Positions 29,436 to 40,025 of a stretch of DNA of 64,000 bases are shown here, one piece after another. The position numbers and the translations under genes were made by a program. Origin of the DNA: Nitrosopumilus sp. (GTDB lineage: Archaea; Thermoproteota; Nitrososphaeria; Nitrososphaerales; Nitrosopumilaceae); assembly GCA_965218695.1 (NCBI GenBank), contig OZ244651.1, positions 1,408,001-1,472,000 on the forward strand, in the 5' to 3' direction. Positions within the stretch are counted from its first letter, which is position 1, and each line of letters opens with the position of its first letter. The notes under the pieces were generated by a model. That model had not been told where the DNA came from, searched no databases, and saw only the letters and a list, made by a program, of their open reading frames with translations.

Positions 29436-29960
29436 TAGGATATGATCATACCAATAACAAAATACATCAAACACACCCAGATCTTTGAGCTCATCAATTT
29501 CAAGAAAATCAATCAATTTTTGGCATTTTTTAATGCCGTCTAGGTAACTCTCGATTTTCGGATCAATCTCATCTTTCCAATTATTAATAGATGCAAAATC
29601 TTTGTATGTACGTTTGATTCTATTATTTATCACAGGATATTTGTCATTAACACAAAAGAAAATCGGAGTAATCGAGCCAACTTGTAGCCTTCTCTGTAAT
29701 TTTTTATTTGCGGTAAATTTCTTAATGTGCTCTTCAAGTTTTTTTGGTTCTTTTTGAAAATTATATCCAAGATCATAGACCATGTTTGCTATCGTGTTCC
29801 AGTCTTCATCGGTGTAGTTGTAACTTTTGAAGTATTGCCTAATATTGCGAAAAGCTGGGAATGTACTAATTCGTTTTGCATACTCCCATTTGAATTGTGG
29901 TAATAATCCATTAAGAATCCATTCTGTAAATTCACTGCTTGATTTATCCATAGATTTAAG

Positions 29961-31486
29961 GTAAGTGTTCACGTGGTTTAACTCATTTTTAGGCGTATTT
30001 TGCAATCTCCGCCAAGTAATCCAATTTCTTGTTTTTCCATGTCATTACACATGAAAAGAAATTCGCCATCCACGTCATCGTCTCCTCTGCCCTTATGCTG
30101 CCCCGTATTTTTCTGTGCACGACTATCTCGCGCAACCCGCGTTCTGCAGCATTGTTTGTAGGCGGGATCTTTGGGTTCAGCACGAACCGGAACAGGTCGC
30201 TGCCAGCATTGCTGATCTTGACCATGAATTTTTCCAATATTGGATCGTCGGCGTACCTTGCAACGATCTTTTCGATGCATGACGTCAGCATGGCAGACGC
30301 GTTGTCCCGGAGAGAGCGCGAGCGTTTCCTGCTTGCCCTTCTGGCATAATCATAGATTATGCGCAGGTGCTTCAGGACGTTGCGCGCGCCTAGGCAGTCC
30401 GGATTGCGGTTGCAGATGTCCCTGGCCTCGCGTATTATGTGCGACCAGCAGCGCTGGACGCGGTATTTTCCGTACGCCGTCCAGCCGTCGCACACTAACG
30501 TGCCGTCCCAACCCCCAAGCGCTTCTTTCAGAACCTTTGCCCCCCGGCTGTCCCGTATCACGTACAGCGCGTGCCCGGTCAGCGGATCGTGCAGTATCCA
30601 CACCCAGACGTTGCGGCCGTTTAGGTGAATCGATGTCTCGTCGGCGTGCAGTATCTTGGCCTTGCGTATCATGGCGGCAATGGCTGCCGCAGGGGCGCCC
30701 AGCGACGTTCCCAGCCTGCGCATTATGTTGTGCGCCGTGCCCGAGGAGAGTGTAATTCCGTACCGCGACATGCGGTCTGCGATCATCCTAAACGGCATGC
30801 GACACACGTAATCGTCTGCAACATCAGTCGTTATGCTCGGATCGTAGCTGCCCTTGTCTGGAAGGCCGGTCTCGGGCTTGATGTCCACCAGACCGCAGGA
30901 GCAGCGACACGTGTTTATGGTGTGGCGCGTGGTGATGACCTTTATCGTGCGCTCCACCCTGGTAATGTCGCGTTTTTCTGACTGCACTATGGAAAGGCTA
31001 CCCGAGCCGCATTCGGGGCAGGCCTCCGGGGTGTGTTCCTCAAACTCGGTGGGTTTTGGCTTGCGGGTGCGGCCCATGTGGCCTTTTTGCCCCCCGCGCG
31101 ACTTCCCGCTGCCGGCCGCATCCACGCGGTCCTTTTGATCCCGGGAGGCTTTTGTGGATTTATTGTAGGCATTCTTTTCGTCGCCTTTTCCCTTTGTGTC
31201 AGGCCATCCGGGCCCCCTTTTTTGTGATGACGGGGTGTTGTAATTGTCATGCCGCACCAGCCTGCGCTTAAGATCAGCAACTGCCAGATTCAATTCCTCA
31301 ATTATCTGCCCTTGCATCTCAATCGTCTGCTTGAGCTTGATGTTCTCAGTCTTGAGATCCGTGTACATCTTTTTGAGTTCAGCCTGGCTTTTCACATCGG
31401 GTTTGGATTACCATCTTATTTGGATCTGTGGTTTGCACAAAATTTACCCAAGAGTGAACTGAATTAGGCACGACGTGAACACTTAC
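29961..31486 (-). mobile_element. IS66-family single-ORF element type 2, copy 1
   Basis: TIR GTAAGTGTTCACGT; 8-bp TSD GATTTAAG. Confidence 0.95.
29989..31395 (-). CDS. IS66 transposase
   Basis: GGQKGH, CPEC, HADET, VCDGW, QRCWSH, PTNNAAERGLR. Confidence 0.93.
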   Translation of the reverse strand: MKSQAELKKMYTDLKTENIKLKQTIEMQGQIIEELNLAVADLKRRLVRHDNYNTPSSQKRGPGWPDTKGKGDEKNAYNKSTKASRDQKDRVDAAGSGKSRGGQKGHMGRTRKPKPTEFEEHTPEACPECGSGSLSIVQSEKRDITRVERTIKVITTRHTINTCRCSCGLVDIKPETGLPDKGSYDPSITTDVADDYVCRMPFRMIADRMSRYGITLSSGTAHNIMRRLGTSLGAPAAAIAAMIRKAKILHADETSIHLNGRNVWVWILHDPLTGHALYVIRDSRGAKVLKEALGGWDGTLVCDGWTAYGKYRVQRCWSHIIREARDICNRNPDCLGARNVLKHLRIIYDYARRASRKRSRSLRDNASAMLTSCIEKIVARYADDPILEKFMVKISNAGSDLFRFVLNPKIPPTNNAAERGLREIVVHRKIRGSIRAEETMTWMANFFSCVMTWKNKKLDYLAEIAKYA

Positions 31487-31786
31487 GATTTAAGTTTGCC
31501 CATTAAACTTTTGACTTCATGTTTTTCCTTTTCTATATTTTTTAGATGATTTTTTGCCTCATCTGTTTGCAACCATTCTCTAAACTTTAAAATTAATTCT
31601 TTTGTCATCAAATCAGTTGCTTTCAAACTCAATGCTTTGATTAAAATGTGTTTGCTCGGCTCAAAATGAGAAACAATTCACAGTTAATCCTGAGACTTGG
31701 ACATATGTTACCACGATCCACCGGCCGCAAATGCTGGTGGACACTCCGGACTCCAAAAAATTGTACGCGTCACGCCGCGGGACTAA

Positions 31787-32910
31787 CGTGTTGCATAATC
31801 ACGTCCATCATGTTGCAGTAAGCGACAATCATCAGCACCCGTGCAGACCGAAAAAGCTAAAGATCATTAGAACCAGGGCATCCGGTTGAAGACGAACAAC
31901 AAAAAATACATCCGGCGTGGTCATACGTTAATCATCCACGATGACCCGGAGAGTCATGTCGAGATCAAAAGGGCCAACCGCCGCAAGGTCGGAGCTCCGT
32001 TCCAACACGCAAACTCATTTTTCGCTTCCCTGGCGGAGTCAAATCGATGATCCACATCACTTGCTGGAACCTGATGGGCATGGTGCTGGAAGTGTGCAAG
32101 GGTATGAAAGCGCCCTACTACGCCACCATCTTCAGAAGGATCCAGTCACTAGACATATAGACAAACGGCGGCACCGTCACTGTCATCGACAGCAGGGACA
32201 CGATCCGGTTTTCAGTCGACTCTATGGGCCTTAAGCAGCACAGCGGAGAGGGAAGTAGATACGGCAAAAGCGGATGGTAAGGCGCAGGTCTGTAAAGAGG
32301 CATGTCCTGGCGGATGTGGACACGAAAGAGATACTGCAGTCAGGGCCACTGATGATCGGATCGGGGATTCTCCCATGTTTGTTCCGCTGCTTGACGGTGC
32401 ATTGGAGAATTGCGTACGGGTAGATCCGGCATCAGAGTCCGGCCACAAAGACAGTTCCACAAAACGTTCTGCGTATGGCGATGGTGCTTACGCCTCCAGG
32501 GACAACCTAATGGCATGTGGGAAACGCGATATGGTTCCGTTTATCAAGCTCAAGGCAAGCTCCGTTCCAAAAGGAAAGGGCGCAGGCGATGCGCGGGGCA
32601 TGGAAGTCCGGGATCAATTTGGCGGCTCTGATCTCAATTGGGCGAAATGGCTGCCTGACGAGAAGACCAATCAGGAGGAGTGGAAGACTCGAATCAGATA
32701 CGACAAGGGATGGATGGTGGAGATTGTGTTTTCTGCATTCAAGAGGATGTTCGGGGAGCACCTGTACTCATTGAAATGGAAATGATTCAGGAGGTCAATC
32801 TCAAGGTGGCCGCCTACAACAGACTGATAGACATGGGGCTGGAGCGGTGTAGAACCAGATAAACGAATCAGGTACAAGTTGTGGCAGAACAAGTTGAATT
32901 ATGCAACACG
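31787..32910 (+). mobile_element. degenerate IS5-family (IS903-group-like) element, transposase pseudogene
   Basis: 13-bp TIR CGTGTTGCATAAT; frameshifted fragments (VDSMGLKQ, YGDGAY, WMVEIVFSAFKRMFGE). Confidence 0.8.
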
Positions 32911-32921
32911 CTACGCAGTCA

Positions 32922-34156
32922 GGCGTTGTCCACCTTTTGATAATCCTGCTCTATTTCACACTATTTTTGGTTCATTTTGGCATCCCAAACCTGGACTCTG
33001 AAGGGGTTTCTGGTGTCGGCAGGCTTGCGGTTGGTCGTTTTTGAGCCGTTTTCATCTAGTGGTGCATGGCATCCGCTGGAACCGGAAACCGGCATTCTGC
33101 CCCTACCGGAACCCCTATGCTATCAGGTTGTAGCAGATGCTTCGCAGGATTATCTGGAGTCTCTGCATGGGAAACGTCTTTGCGGCCACGACGGAACCGA
33201 ACCTCTCCTTCATGGATGAGAACACGGACTCGACAAGACTGCGCTGGTGGTACACCTTCTCGAACCCTTCCCGATCTTGTCTGAACCAGCGGAGCATCTC
33301 TGCCCTGGGATTGAAGCCCTTTGCGGTGTGGTTCCTGCGGGGCCAGATCACCGGTTTTCTGCCGCTGTCGTAGATCATTCTGTAGTTGGCGTGTGCGTCA
33401 TACGCCGAATCCAGCATGACGTGCCCGTCGCCGTCTGGCGTGCGGGCAAACATCTTTCGGAATATCGGCGAGTCGTGGGCAAGTCCGGGCGTCACCATGC
33501 ATGCGGCGATCCTTCCGTGGGGGGCTACCAGTATGTGCAGCTTGACGAACTGGCGCCTGGGTATGATGCCCTTCTTAGCATCCTCCCAGTCGGCGTAGAT
33601 GTTGATTGAAAACCCACTTGCATCCCCGAGGAGCGGACCGCATGCGTCGCCTCCTGCCTGCCTTGGGATCACCTCCATCAGCATCTCCTGTTGCTCTGCC
33701 AGATGTTTGGCTGCCGCATGCAGGCACGATTTGGACGGAACGGCTTTTAAGCCGCAGACGTGCAGTGAACCTGGGTTGGCCTCGAGGTACGAGACGTGTT
33801 CCCGGTACGAGTTGCCGCGAAACTCCTTGTCTGCGAGGCAGATCAAGTAGGAGATTCTGCGCCGGTCCTTGTCGGATCTGGGTTTGCAGATCTTGTACAG
33901 GGTGGTGGTAAGGGAACGGATGTTGGTAGCTACTCGCTTCCACTCTCCACTTCTTCGTATCTCGTATTCCTTGCTGTAGCCTTTCGGCCGTATCCATTTC
34001 TTCTTGTTTTCTTGGTCTGTGCTCTTTGTCTTCCTCTTTTTCCTATTGGAATTCATTAATTGTGGACGGGATCGGTGATCCAAAACTTTTCTGGCGCGTG
34101 ACGCTAATGATCTTTAAGCGTAACACCGTTTTTTTGAGGAAAATGTGGACAACGCC
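32922..34156 (-). mobile_element. IS5-like type B, copy 2 (no TSD)
   Basis: Same TIRs as 14448-15682; flanks do not match each other. Confidence 0.9.
33115..34083 (-). CDS. IS5-like DDE transposase
   Basis: Paralogue of 14641-15609. Confidence 0.9.
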   Translation of the reverse strand: MDHRSRPQLMNSNRKKRKTKSTDQENKKKWIRPKGYSKEYEIRRSGEWKRVATNIRSLTTTLYKICKPRSDKDRRRISYLICLADKEFRGNSYREHVSYLEANPGSLHVCGLKAVPSKSCLHAAAKHLAEQQEMLMEVIPRQAGGDACGPLLGDASGFSINIYADWEDAKKGIIPRRQFVKLHILVAPHGRIAACMVTPGLAHDSPIFRKMFARTPDGDGHVMLDSAYDAHANYRMIYDSGRKPVIWPRRNHTAKGFNPRAEMLRWFRQDREGFEKVYHQRSLVESVFSSMKERFGSVVAAKTFPMQRLQIILRSICYNLIA

Positions 34157-34457
34157 GATACGGGCATACAGAATCTATTATAACTTCAGACAAAATCTTG
34201 CACGAAACAAGTAGATCCAAAACAATGATCTGCTTTGTGTTCATTTATGGTTAGTGCAAACGTCGAGTTGACATCTATATCTGAAATGGTGCAGGCATGA
34301 TTGACTCTAATAATGCAATGTTATTACGCTAACCAGATTGTATACGGAACGGTTTTGCAGGCACGGCGGAACCCAAAAATACCTTGTTATCATGGCATGT
34401 CCCTTTAGGCCCACACCCACTGTGGGCACGAACCCCACCAATCCAGATTGCACCGCA

Positions 34458-35387
34458 TCATGGAATACCTATACGGGCGTACGAGCCGTCAGGCACCGGT
34501 ATGTCAGGGAATAGTCCGGGCCGGATTATCCTGGCAAGTATCTCTATACCGTCAACCACTCTTACGCCGGACTTGCTGAAGAACGAGTCTGCATCGACTG
34601 CAAACACGTTGTTGTCCCTTACCGCCCTGAGCGTGCGCCACTCCCGGTCGTCCCTCAGGACACCATACTCTGAGACGGCCCTGCCGGTATCAAAGCCGCA
34701 CGGCATCAAAATAATGATGTCGGGGTCCGCCCGGACCGCCTCTGTGATGTCCATCTGCCTAGAGTATTCGCCGGCCCTGCTTATCATGTTCTGGCCGCCT
34801 GCAATCTCGACCATCTCGGGAACCCAGTGGCCCGCGGTAAAGAGGGGCTCGATCCACTCTATTGCAAGGACCCTTGGCCGCTCGGGGCTTGGCACACCGC
34901 CGCCGCCGGCAATCCTGTCGATCCTTCCCTGGAGGGCGCGCGTGACCTCTGCTGCCCTTGCAGGCACCCCCAGAATTTCTCCCAGATCCGTCACCGAACC
35001 AAGTATGTCCGAAAGGCTGTGGGGATCCATGGAGTAGACAGTCGGCCGCCTTGCAAGGATTCGGAGCGCCTCATCCAGGTGGCCGGTGTGTGCCGCACAC
35101 GCCTCGCACGTCTCCTGGGATATGATAAGATCAGGTTGTGCCCTCCTGAGCACCTCCTCGTCGATCCGAAAGATCTCCTGGTGCTGGTTTATCAGGTTGT
35201 ACGTTGCAGCGTTAATCTGGCTGCTGGTCATCCCGTCAGGGTTGATTGCAGAGCTTATCACCCGGGGCTTTGCAGCAGCCTCCGGCGGATACCTGCACTC
35301 GTGGGTGACCCCGAATATCCTGTCCCCTACTCCCAGCTCGTACAGAATCTCAGTGGCGCCGGGCACCAGCGAGACGACCCTTTGCAT
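34458..35387 (-). CDS. cobalamin/iron ABC substrate-binding protein (BtuF-like)
   Basis: RVVSLVPGATEIL, GVTHEC, IEWIEP-AGHWVPEM, MPCGF. Confidence 0.85.
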   Translation of the reverse strand: MQRVVSLVPGATEILYELGVGDRIFGVTHECRYPPEAAAKPRVISSAINPDGMTSSQINAATYNLINQHQEIFRIDEEVLRRAQPDLIISQETCEACAAHTGHLDEALRILARRPTVYSMDPHSLSDILGSVTDLGEILGVPARAAEVTRALQGRIDRIAGGGGVPSPERPRVLAIEWIEPLFTAGHWVPEMVEIAGGQNMISRAGEYSRQMDITEAVRADPDIIILMPCGFDTGRAVSEYGVLRDDREWRTLRAVRDNNVFAVDADSFFSKSGVRVVDGIEILARIIRPGLFPDIPVPDGSYARIGIP

Positions 35388-35474
35388 GCATTTGATGGCC
35401 GCAGTCCACTTAAAAATCTCATCTCCCGGGAGTCATTCGGCAGGTTAATACGCATAATCCAGGCATGTACTGCG

Positions 35475-36635
35475 ATGCGTTCGGACTCCCAGAGAATACG
35501 CCATGCAATCCTGGCAGAGTGGCACAAAAACATGTCCAAAAACAGGGATCTCTTCTCGGCCGACTCTGTCAGCGGGGCAAGCCCGCCGTCAGTCTTTGTG
35601 GGGTCATACAACTATCCCAAGGTCTTTGTGGGCCCGATGGTGCCGCCCACCCACGGGGACACAAGCCTGCTGGACAGTCCGGAACGATGGGAGGGTAAGA
35701 CACTAGAAGAAATAGTCAACTTTAGGCTGAACCTGATCCGCGGAATAAAGCCTGTCCCGGTGCAGCAGACCGAGGGGCGCTACGTCGAGAGCCTTCAGGA
35801 GGTCGCGATGGCATCGCGGCCGGCCGAATCTGATCTGTCGTTTAGCAGGCCGGTCTCCCCCTCTGGAGTCTCCATCGACGGGGAGAGCGCCCCGTTTGGC
35901 CCCGTAGGCAGAATAGAATCGGCAAGGTTTTCAGGGGTGTCCCCCGTCAGGCAGATTGAGAAGGCATTCTATGACGGCGACCTCAAGGCACAGGATGCAG
36001 TCATGGACCTGTACTGTTCGGGAGTCGAGATATCCAGGATTCAAAGGTGCCTCAGCATTGGAATGCTAGGCAGAAGGCGGAGGCTCGTTCCCACCAAGTG
36101 GAGCATTACAGCAACCGACGATATGATCTCGTCTGCACTCGTCGAGGATGTCCTGGAGTATACCCTGATTGACTCGTGCAGGGTATTCTCCTTTGAGCAT
36201 CTGGGAAACGTCTTTGCGGTGATACTGTTCCCCCGCAGGTGGCTCTACGAGATGATCGAGGCATGGCACTCTGACGGGACAGTTGGGTTCGGCTCCGACT
36301 CAGAGGATGCGCGCGGGATAGACCATCCGCCTGCCATAGACGGCGCCTATTTTGCGGCAAAACTGGGGGTTGCAGAGTACCTGCACCGGAACAAAGTCCA
36401 GGCAGGCGCCGTGATCCTAAGGGAGATCAGGCCAGAGTACGCAATACCCGTGGGGGTATGGCAGGTCAGGGAGGGAATCCGCCAGACCATGAGGCAGGAG
36501 CCAGCAATTGCAGACGGCCTTGGCCACGGGCTGCTTTTGGCGTCTGAAAGGACCAGCATCAGCAAGACAGAGTGGCTCCTGCACGGCAGCATCTCAAGAT
36601 TGGTCAGGCAGAAGGTCCTGTCTGACTTTTTCTAG
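35475..36635 (+). CDS. Nre-family DNA repair protein
   Basis: SPPSVFVG-x2-YPKV, RLVPTKWSITA, PVGVWQVRE, C-terminal PIP box QKVLSDFF. Confidence 0.9.
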   Translation: MRSDSQRIRHAILAEWHKNMSKNRDLFSADSVSGASPPSVFVGSYNYPKVFVGPMVPPTHGDTSLLDSPERWEGKTLEEIVNFRLNLIRGIKPVPVQQTEGRYVESLQEVAMASRPAESDLSFSRPVSPSGVSIDGESAPFGPVGRIESARFSGVSPVRQIEKAFYDGDLKAQDAVMDLYCSGVEISRIQRCLSIGMLGRRRRLVPTKWSITATDDMISSALVEDVLEYTLIDSCRVFSFEHLGNVFAVILFPRRWLYEMIEAWHSDGTVGFGSDSEDARGIDHPPAIDGAYFAAKLGVAEYLHRNKVQAGAVILREIRPEYAIPVGVWQVREGIRQTMRQEPAIADGLGHGLLLASERTSISKTEWLLHGSISRLVRQKVLSDFF

Positions 36636-36751
36636 GATGTCTGGAGACATTGCAGACTTTTGGCAGGCATCTTTTGGATGGCATCAGGCTATACCCGCGT
36701 GCGGATCTCACGTACAGAAACATCCAGGGTATTCCAGAGCACATACCGATT

Positions 36752-37030
36752 CTATTCGGCAGTAATCCTGTTTTTGTCATGCCGCCTCTTCTTGAGCAGG
36801 CTGTACATGATCATTCCGACGTTTATGATGGAGACGATCTCAATCAGGTCCACTCCGTAGAGGAGCCAGTCCAGGACCGGGTGAACCCTTGAGACGATTC
36901 CTGCCTCCAGCATCAGATCCGCGTTCCACACCATGTGCGGAATCTGGATGAACTGTATTATGGTGATGATGATTATGCTTCCCAGAATCTTGTTCTCGTA
37001 CCATTTCCAGAATTTGTTCCATGCGTTCAT
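36752..37030 (-). CDS. small membrane protein
   Basis: Two hydrophobic helices; AT-rich TATA-like element about 25 bp upstream. Confidence 0.72.
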   Translation of the reverse strand: MNAWNKFWKWYENKILGSIIIITIIQFIQIPHMVWNADLMLEAGIVSRVHPVLDWLLYGVDLIEIVSIINVGMIMYSLLKKRRHDKNRITAE

Positions 37031-37102
37031 GCATTACTCTGGCGTTTGATTCTATTAAACGGTATGAAAATTAGATTGCCCTAACTTTGTACATGCAGGT
37101 TC

Positions 37103-37897
37103 TTATTCATGTCCAAGTGCCAGCGCGCCTTCCCTCTTGTGCCTGCTGTTCCGGCTCATCTCCTGAATCTTCTCGATTGTCGGTTCGGGGATTCCGGTTG
37201 CCGTATGAATATCACCGGCAGACATCTTCTTCTCAAGCAGGCAGTACAGGACCGAGTCGACCTCCTCGTACGTGACTCCCAGCTCGCCTTCTGCCTCATG
37301 GCCCTCCCACAGGTGCGGGCTGCTCTTCTTTTCGATGATGTCTGGGGGGATCCCAAGGTGCCTTGCAAGCTGGCGTATCTGGAGCTTGTACAGGGAGATG
37401 ATCGGCGTGATGTCCGAGGCGCCGTCGCCGAACTTTGTAAAGTATCCAATCTGGTACTCGCTTTTGTCGCTGGCGCCAAGCACCAGGTAGTTCTTGGCGT
37501 TTGCATAGTAGTACAGTATGTTTGCCCGAATCCTTGCGCGCAGGTTTCCCTGGGCTGAGGCATCGGGTTCAAGATACATCGAGTACTCACGAACGATGGG
37601 CCGGATGTCGACAAGCTTGTACTGGATTCCAAGCAGGGAGATTACCTTCATGGCGTCACCGGTCTCGGATTCCGGGGTTACTGCAGTGTCGGGCATGACG
37701 ACTGCGACGGTGTCATCCTTGAGGTATCTGCCGCACAGGTATGCCAGGACCGCAGAGTCCACTCCCCCGCTGAGCCCGAATATCACTCCCTCTGAGCGGT
37801 TCTGCCTGACCTGCTCGGAGAGGAGGCTCCCTATAGTCTGGGCAATCCGGGAGTAGTCCTGATCTTTTATCTCCTCTAGTATGTCCTGATTCAACAA
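37103..37897 (-). CDS. nadE: NH3-dependent NAD+ synthetase
   Basis: GLSGGVDS, GNLRARIR, GYFTKFGDG. Confidence 0.95.
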   Translation of the reverse strand: MLNQDILEEIKDQDYSRIAQTIGSLLSEQVRQNRSEGVIFGLSGGVDSAVLAYLCGRYLKDDTVAVVMPDTAVTPESETGDAMKVISLLGIQYKLVDIRPIVREYSMYLEPDASAQGNLRARIRANILYYYANAKNYLVLGASDKSEYQIGYFTKFGDGASDITPIISLYKLQIRQLARHLGIPPDIIEKKSSPHLWEGHEAEGELGVTYEEVDSVLYCLLEKKMSAGDIHTATGIPEPTIEKIQEMSRNSRHKREGALALGHE

Positions 37898-37975
37898 GTA
37901 TGCTGGACTGCCTGTAAGGATAAATCTTGTGCAGTAGTCACCACAGGCATCGGTTTGCCCCGGGTTCGGGACTCC

Positions 37976-38278
37976 TCAGACGTCTACGTATATGCCGTCG
38001 TCTCGAACCTCTACAGGATACGTCCTCAGCTTGACATCCTTGAGATAGTCCACCAGCTCCCCCGTCTTGATGTTGTAGTGCCAAAAGTGCAGCGGGCACT
38101 CCACGATGTCGCCGTCAAGTTTTCCCGGCGCAATCGAGCCGTCCTGGTGGACGCACAGGTTGTCCATCGCGTGATACCCGTCCTGGTTGAATACGGCGAT
38201 CTTTCTTCCGTCCATGTCAAACGCCCTGCCGCTTCCGGGATTCACGGCGCCCTTGAGCGCGATCTTTTTCCAGGTCAA
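37976..38278 (-). CDS. Rieske (2Fe-2S) ferredoxin
   Basis: CVH ... CPLH motifs. Confidence 0.92.
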   Translation of the reverse strand: MTWKKIALKGAVNPGSGRAFDMDGRKIAVFNQDGYHAMDNLCVHQDGSIAPGKLDGDIVECPLHFWHYNIKTGELVDYLKDVKLRTYPVEVRDDGIYVDV

Positions 38279-38425
38279 TGGTTTTAGGGTTTTATTGGCA
38301 TTTATTTAGATTCGTATGGGCGTTTCTAGGACAAGGCGTTGCCGCTTTTTGGACGGGGATGATACGATGCAGAGATCGTCTCCAGACGGTTGCCCGTATT
38401 GATCTTCGTGTTTGTTGTGCCCAGC

Positions 38426-39667
38426 CTACCAGCTGCTTGCGTATCTCTTCTGCTCTGGGGTGAGCCTGTCAATTCCCACTTCCATGGCCTTGAGCGCGTC
38501 GACTGCCACCTGCCTGTCAATCTTGGCAGGAACGTTGGTTATCTTGTTTTCCATGGTACCGTGGTTTTCAAGTATGTGCATTATGGACAGGATCTGGTTT
38601 GAGAAGGACTGCGCCATGACCTCCGGCGGATGGCCCTCTGCGGCGACCAGATTTGCAAGACGGCCCTGCCCGACAAGATACACCTTCTTTCCGTTGCCCA
38701 GCGTGCACTCGTCAAGATTGGGCCGCACCTCCCGGACGGATTTGGACTCGTTTAGGAGAAACTTGCAGTCAATCTCGACATCAAAGTGGCCCACATTGCC
38801 CAGGATCGCACCGTCGCGCATCTTGAGGATGTGCTCCTTTCTTATCACGCTGGTCATTCCCGTACAGGTTATGAAGATGTCCCCGATTCTTGCGGCCTTT
38901 GCCATCGGCATCACCTCGAATCCGTCCATGTGCGCCTCTAGGGCCTTGACGGGATCGACTTCGGTAACTATCACCTTGCATCCCATTCCCCGGCACCTTG
39001 CAGAGACACCCTTGCCTACCCAACCGTACCCCACGACGACGGCACGCTTTGATGCCATGAGCAGGTTCATGGCACGCAGGTAGCCGTCGATGGTGCTCTG
39101 TCCGGTTCCGTACCGGTTGTCAAACATGTGCTTGGTGTGCGCCTCGTTTACCAGTATTACGGGATACCGCAGCTTGCCCTGGTTCTCCACTGCCCTTATC
39201 CGGGTCACCCCGGCAGTGGTCTCTTCGGTTGCCCCAAGAATCTTCATGCTGCTGAACCTCTTGTCAAAATGCGCCTTGATGTTCATGTCGGCGCCGTCAT
39301 CAGTCAGGATGACCGGCTTGTGTTTTAGTACCTGGTCTATGCACCAATCATACTCCTTGACGGACTGCCCGTTCCAGGCGTACACGTGAATTCCTTGGGA
39401 TGCCAGAAATGCGGCAACGTCGTCCTGCGTGGTCAGCGGGTTCCCGCCGCAGCAGGCAACGGTCGCGCCAAGCTCCTTGGCGCCCATGAGCAGGACAGAC
39501 GTCTCCTTTGTGATGTGCAGGCAGAACCCAATGGTTATGCCCTCAAGGGGCTTTGATGGTCTGAGCCTGTCGATGGTGTTGTTTAGAATCTGCATGTGCG
39601 ACTTGGCCCATTCATAGGATCGCTTCCCGCCGCTGATCATCTTCTTGCTGGTCTTTACCTTGCTCAA
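38426..39667 (-). CDS. ahcY: adenosylhomocysteinase
   Basis: CLHITKET, TEETTAG, KHMFDNRYGTGQS, GYGWVGKG, GRLANL-x4-GHP. Confidence 0.96.
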   Translation of the reverse strand: MSKVKTSKKMISGGKRSYEWAKSHMQILNNTIDRLRPSKPLEGITIGFCLHITKETSVLLMGAKELGATVACCGGNPLTTQDDVAAFLASQGIHVYAWNGQSVKEYDWCIDQVLKHKPVILTDDGADMNIKAHFDKRFSSMKILGATEETTAGVTRIRAVENQGKLRYPVILVNEAHTKHMFDNRYGTGQSTIDGYLRAMNLLMASKRAVVVGYGWVGKGVSARCRGMGCKVIVTEVDPVKALEAHMDGFEVMPMAKAARIGDIFITCTGMTSVIRKEHILKMRDGAILGNVGHFDVEIDCKFLLNESKSVREVRPNLDECTLGNGKKVYLVGQGRLANLVAAEGHPPEVMAQSFSNQILSIMHILENHGTMENKITNVPAKIDRQVAVDALKAMEVGIDRLTPEQKRYASSW

Positions 39668-39843
39668 TGTTGAAATCTCCCGACCCGAATATAAAATCCT
39701 ATCAAAGGTTGGCCGCGTATGCACTCAGGTCCAATACGATTCTAGGCACGAGTTTGCAATGAATTATGCCTGTGTTTACAAGGGGCATGAGTGCGTACCG
39801 CTCAACAATTGGAAATTATTTAAATTTGGTAGATCTAATTATC

Positions 39844-39908
39844 GTGTTGCGAAATGGGTCGCAGCATTTCAGACACAGTGGTGGCGGGTATGCAATCCTG
39901 CGTCCGCC
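39844..39908 (-). ncRNA. candidate DUF3800-associated structured RNA
   Basis: Two hairpins directly after the FYP codons; position typical of DUF3800 RNA motifs. Confidence 0.45.
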
Positions 39909-40025
39909 TTGGGTAAAATGTCAATCCATAACCAAAAATTATTCCATATGGATTAGTCTGAAACTTTGTATTGATTAGATTCAAATATTCATCAAAAGCA
40001 TGCTGGCCGTACAGTCGCCTTCCTA

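Larger units (their letters stand above)
21983..31608 (-). pseudogene. McrB-family AAA+ GTPase with N-terminal domain and PUA/EVE-like reader, fragmented by IS insertions
   Basis: Six AT-rich fragments join in frame; GPVGSGKT, IDEFNRAN, GTQNTAD (NxxD), ALKRRF; C-terminus lost. Confidence 0.88.

Noticed and set aside
21983-31608. IS elements acting as spliced introns of the McrB-like gene
   Set aside because: They are ordinary DDE elements in both orientations with TSDs and no intron structure; the gene's 3' end is also missing.
31680-31786. Possible tRNA or att site at the island edge
   Set aside because: No cloverleaf or T-loop motif, and no integrase nearby.
34827-35474. Long N-terminal extension of the 602-aa Nre ORF
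   Set aside because: It is antisense to the BtuF-like gene; Nre similarity starts near ATG 35475.
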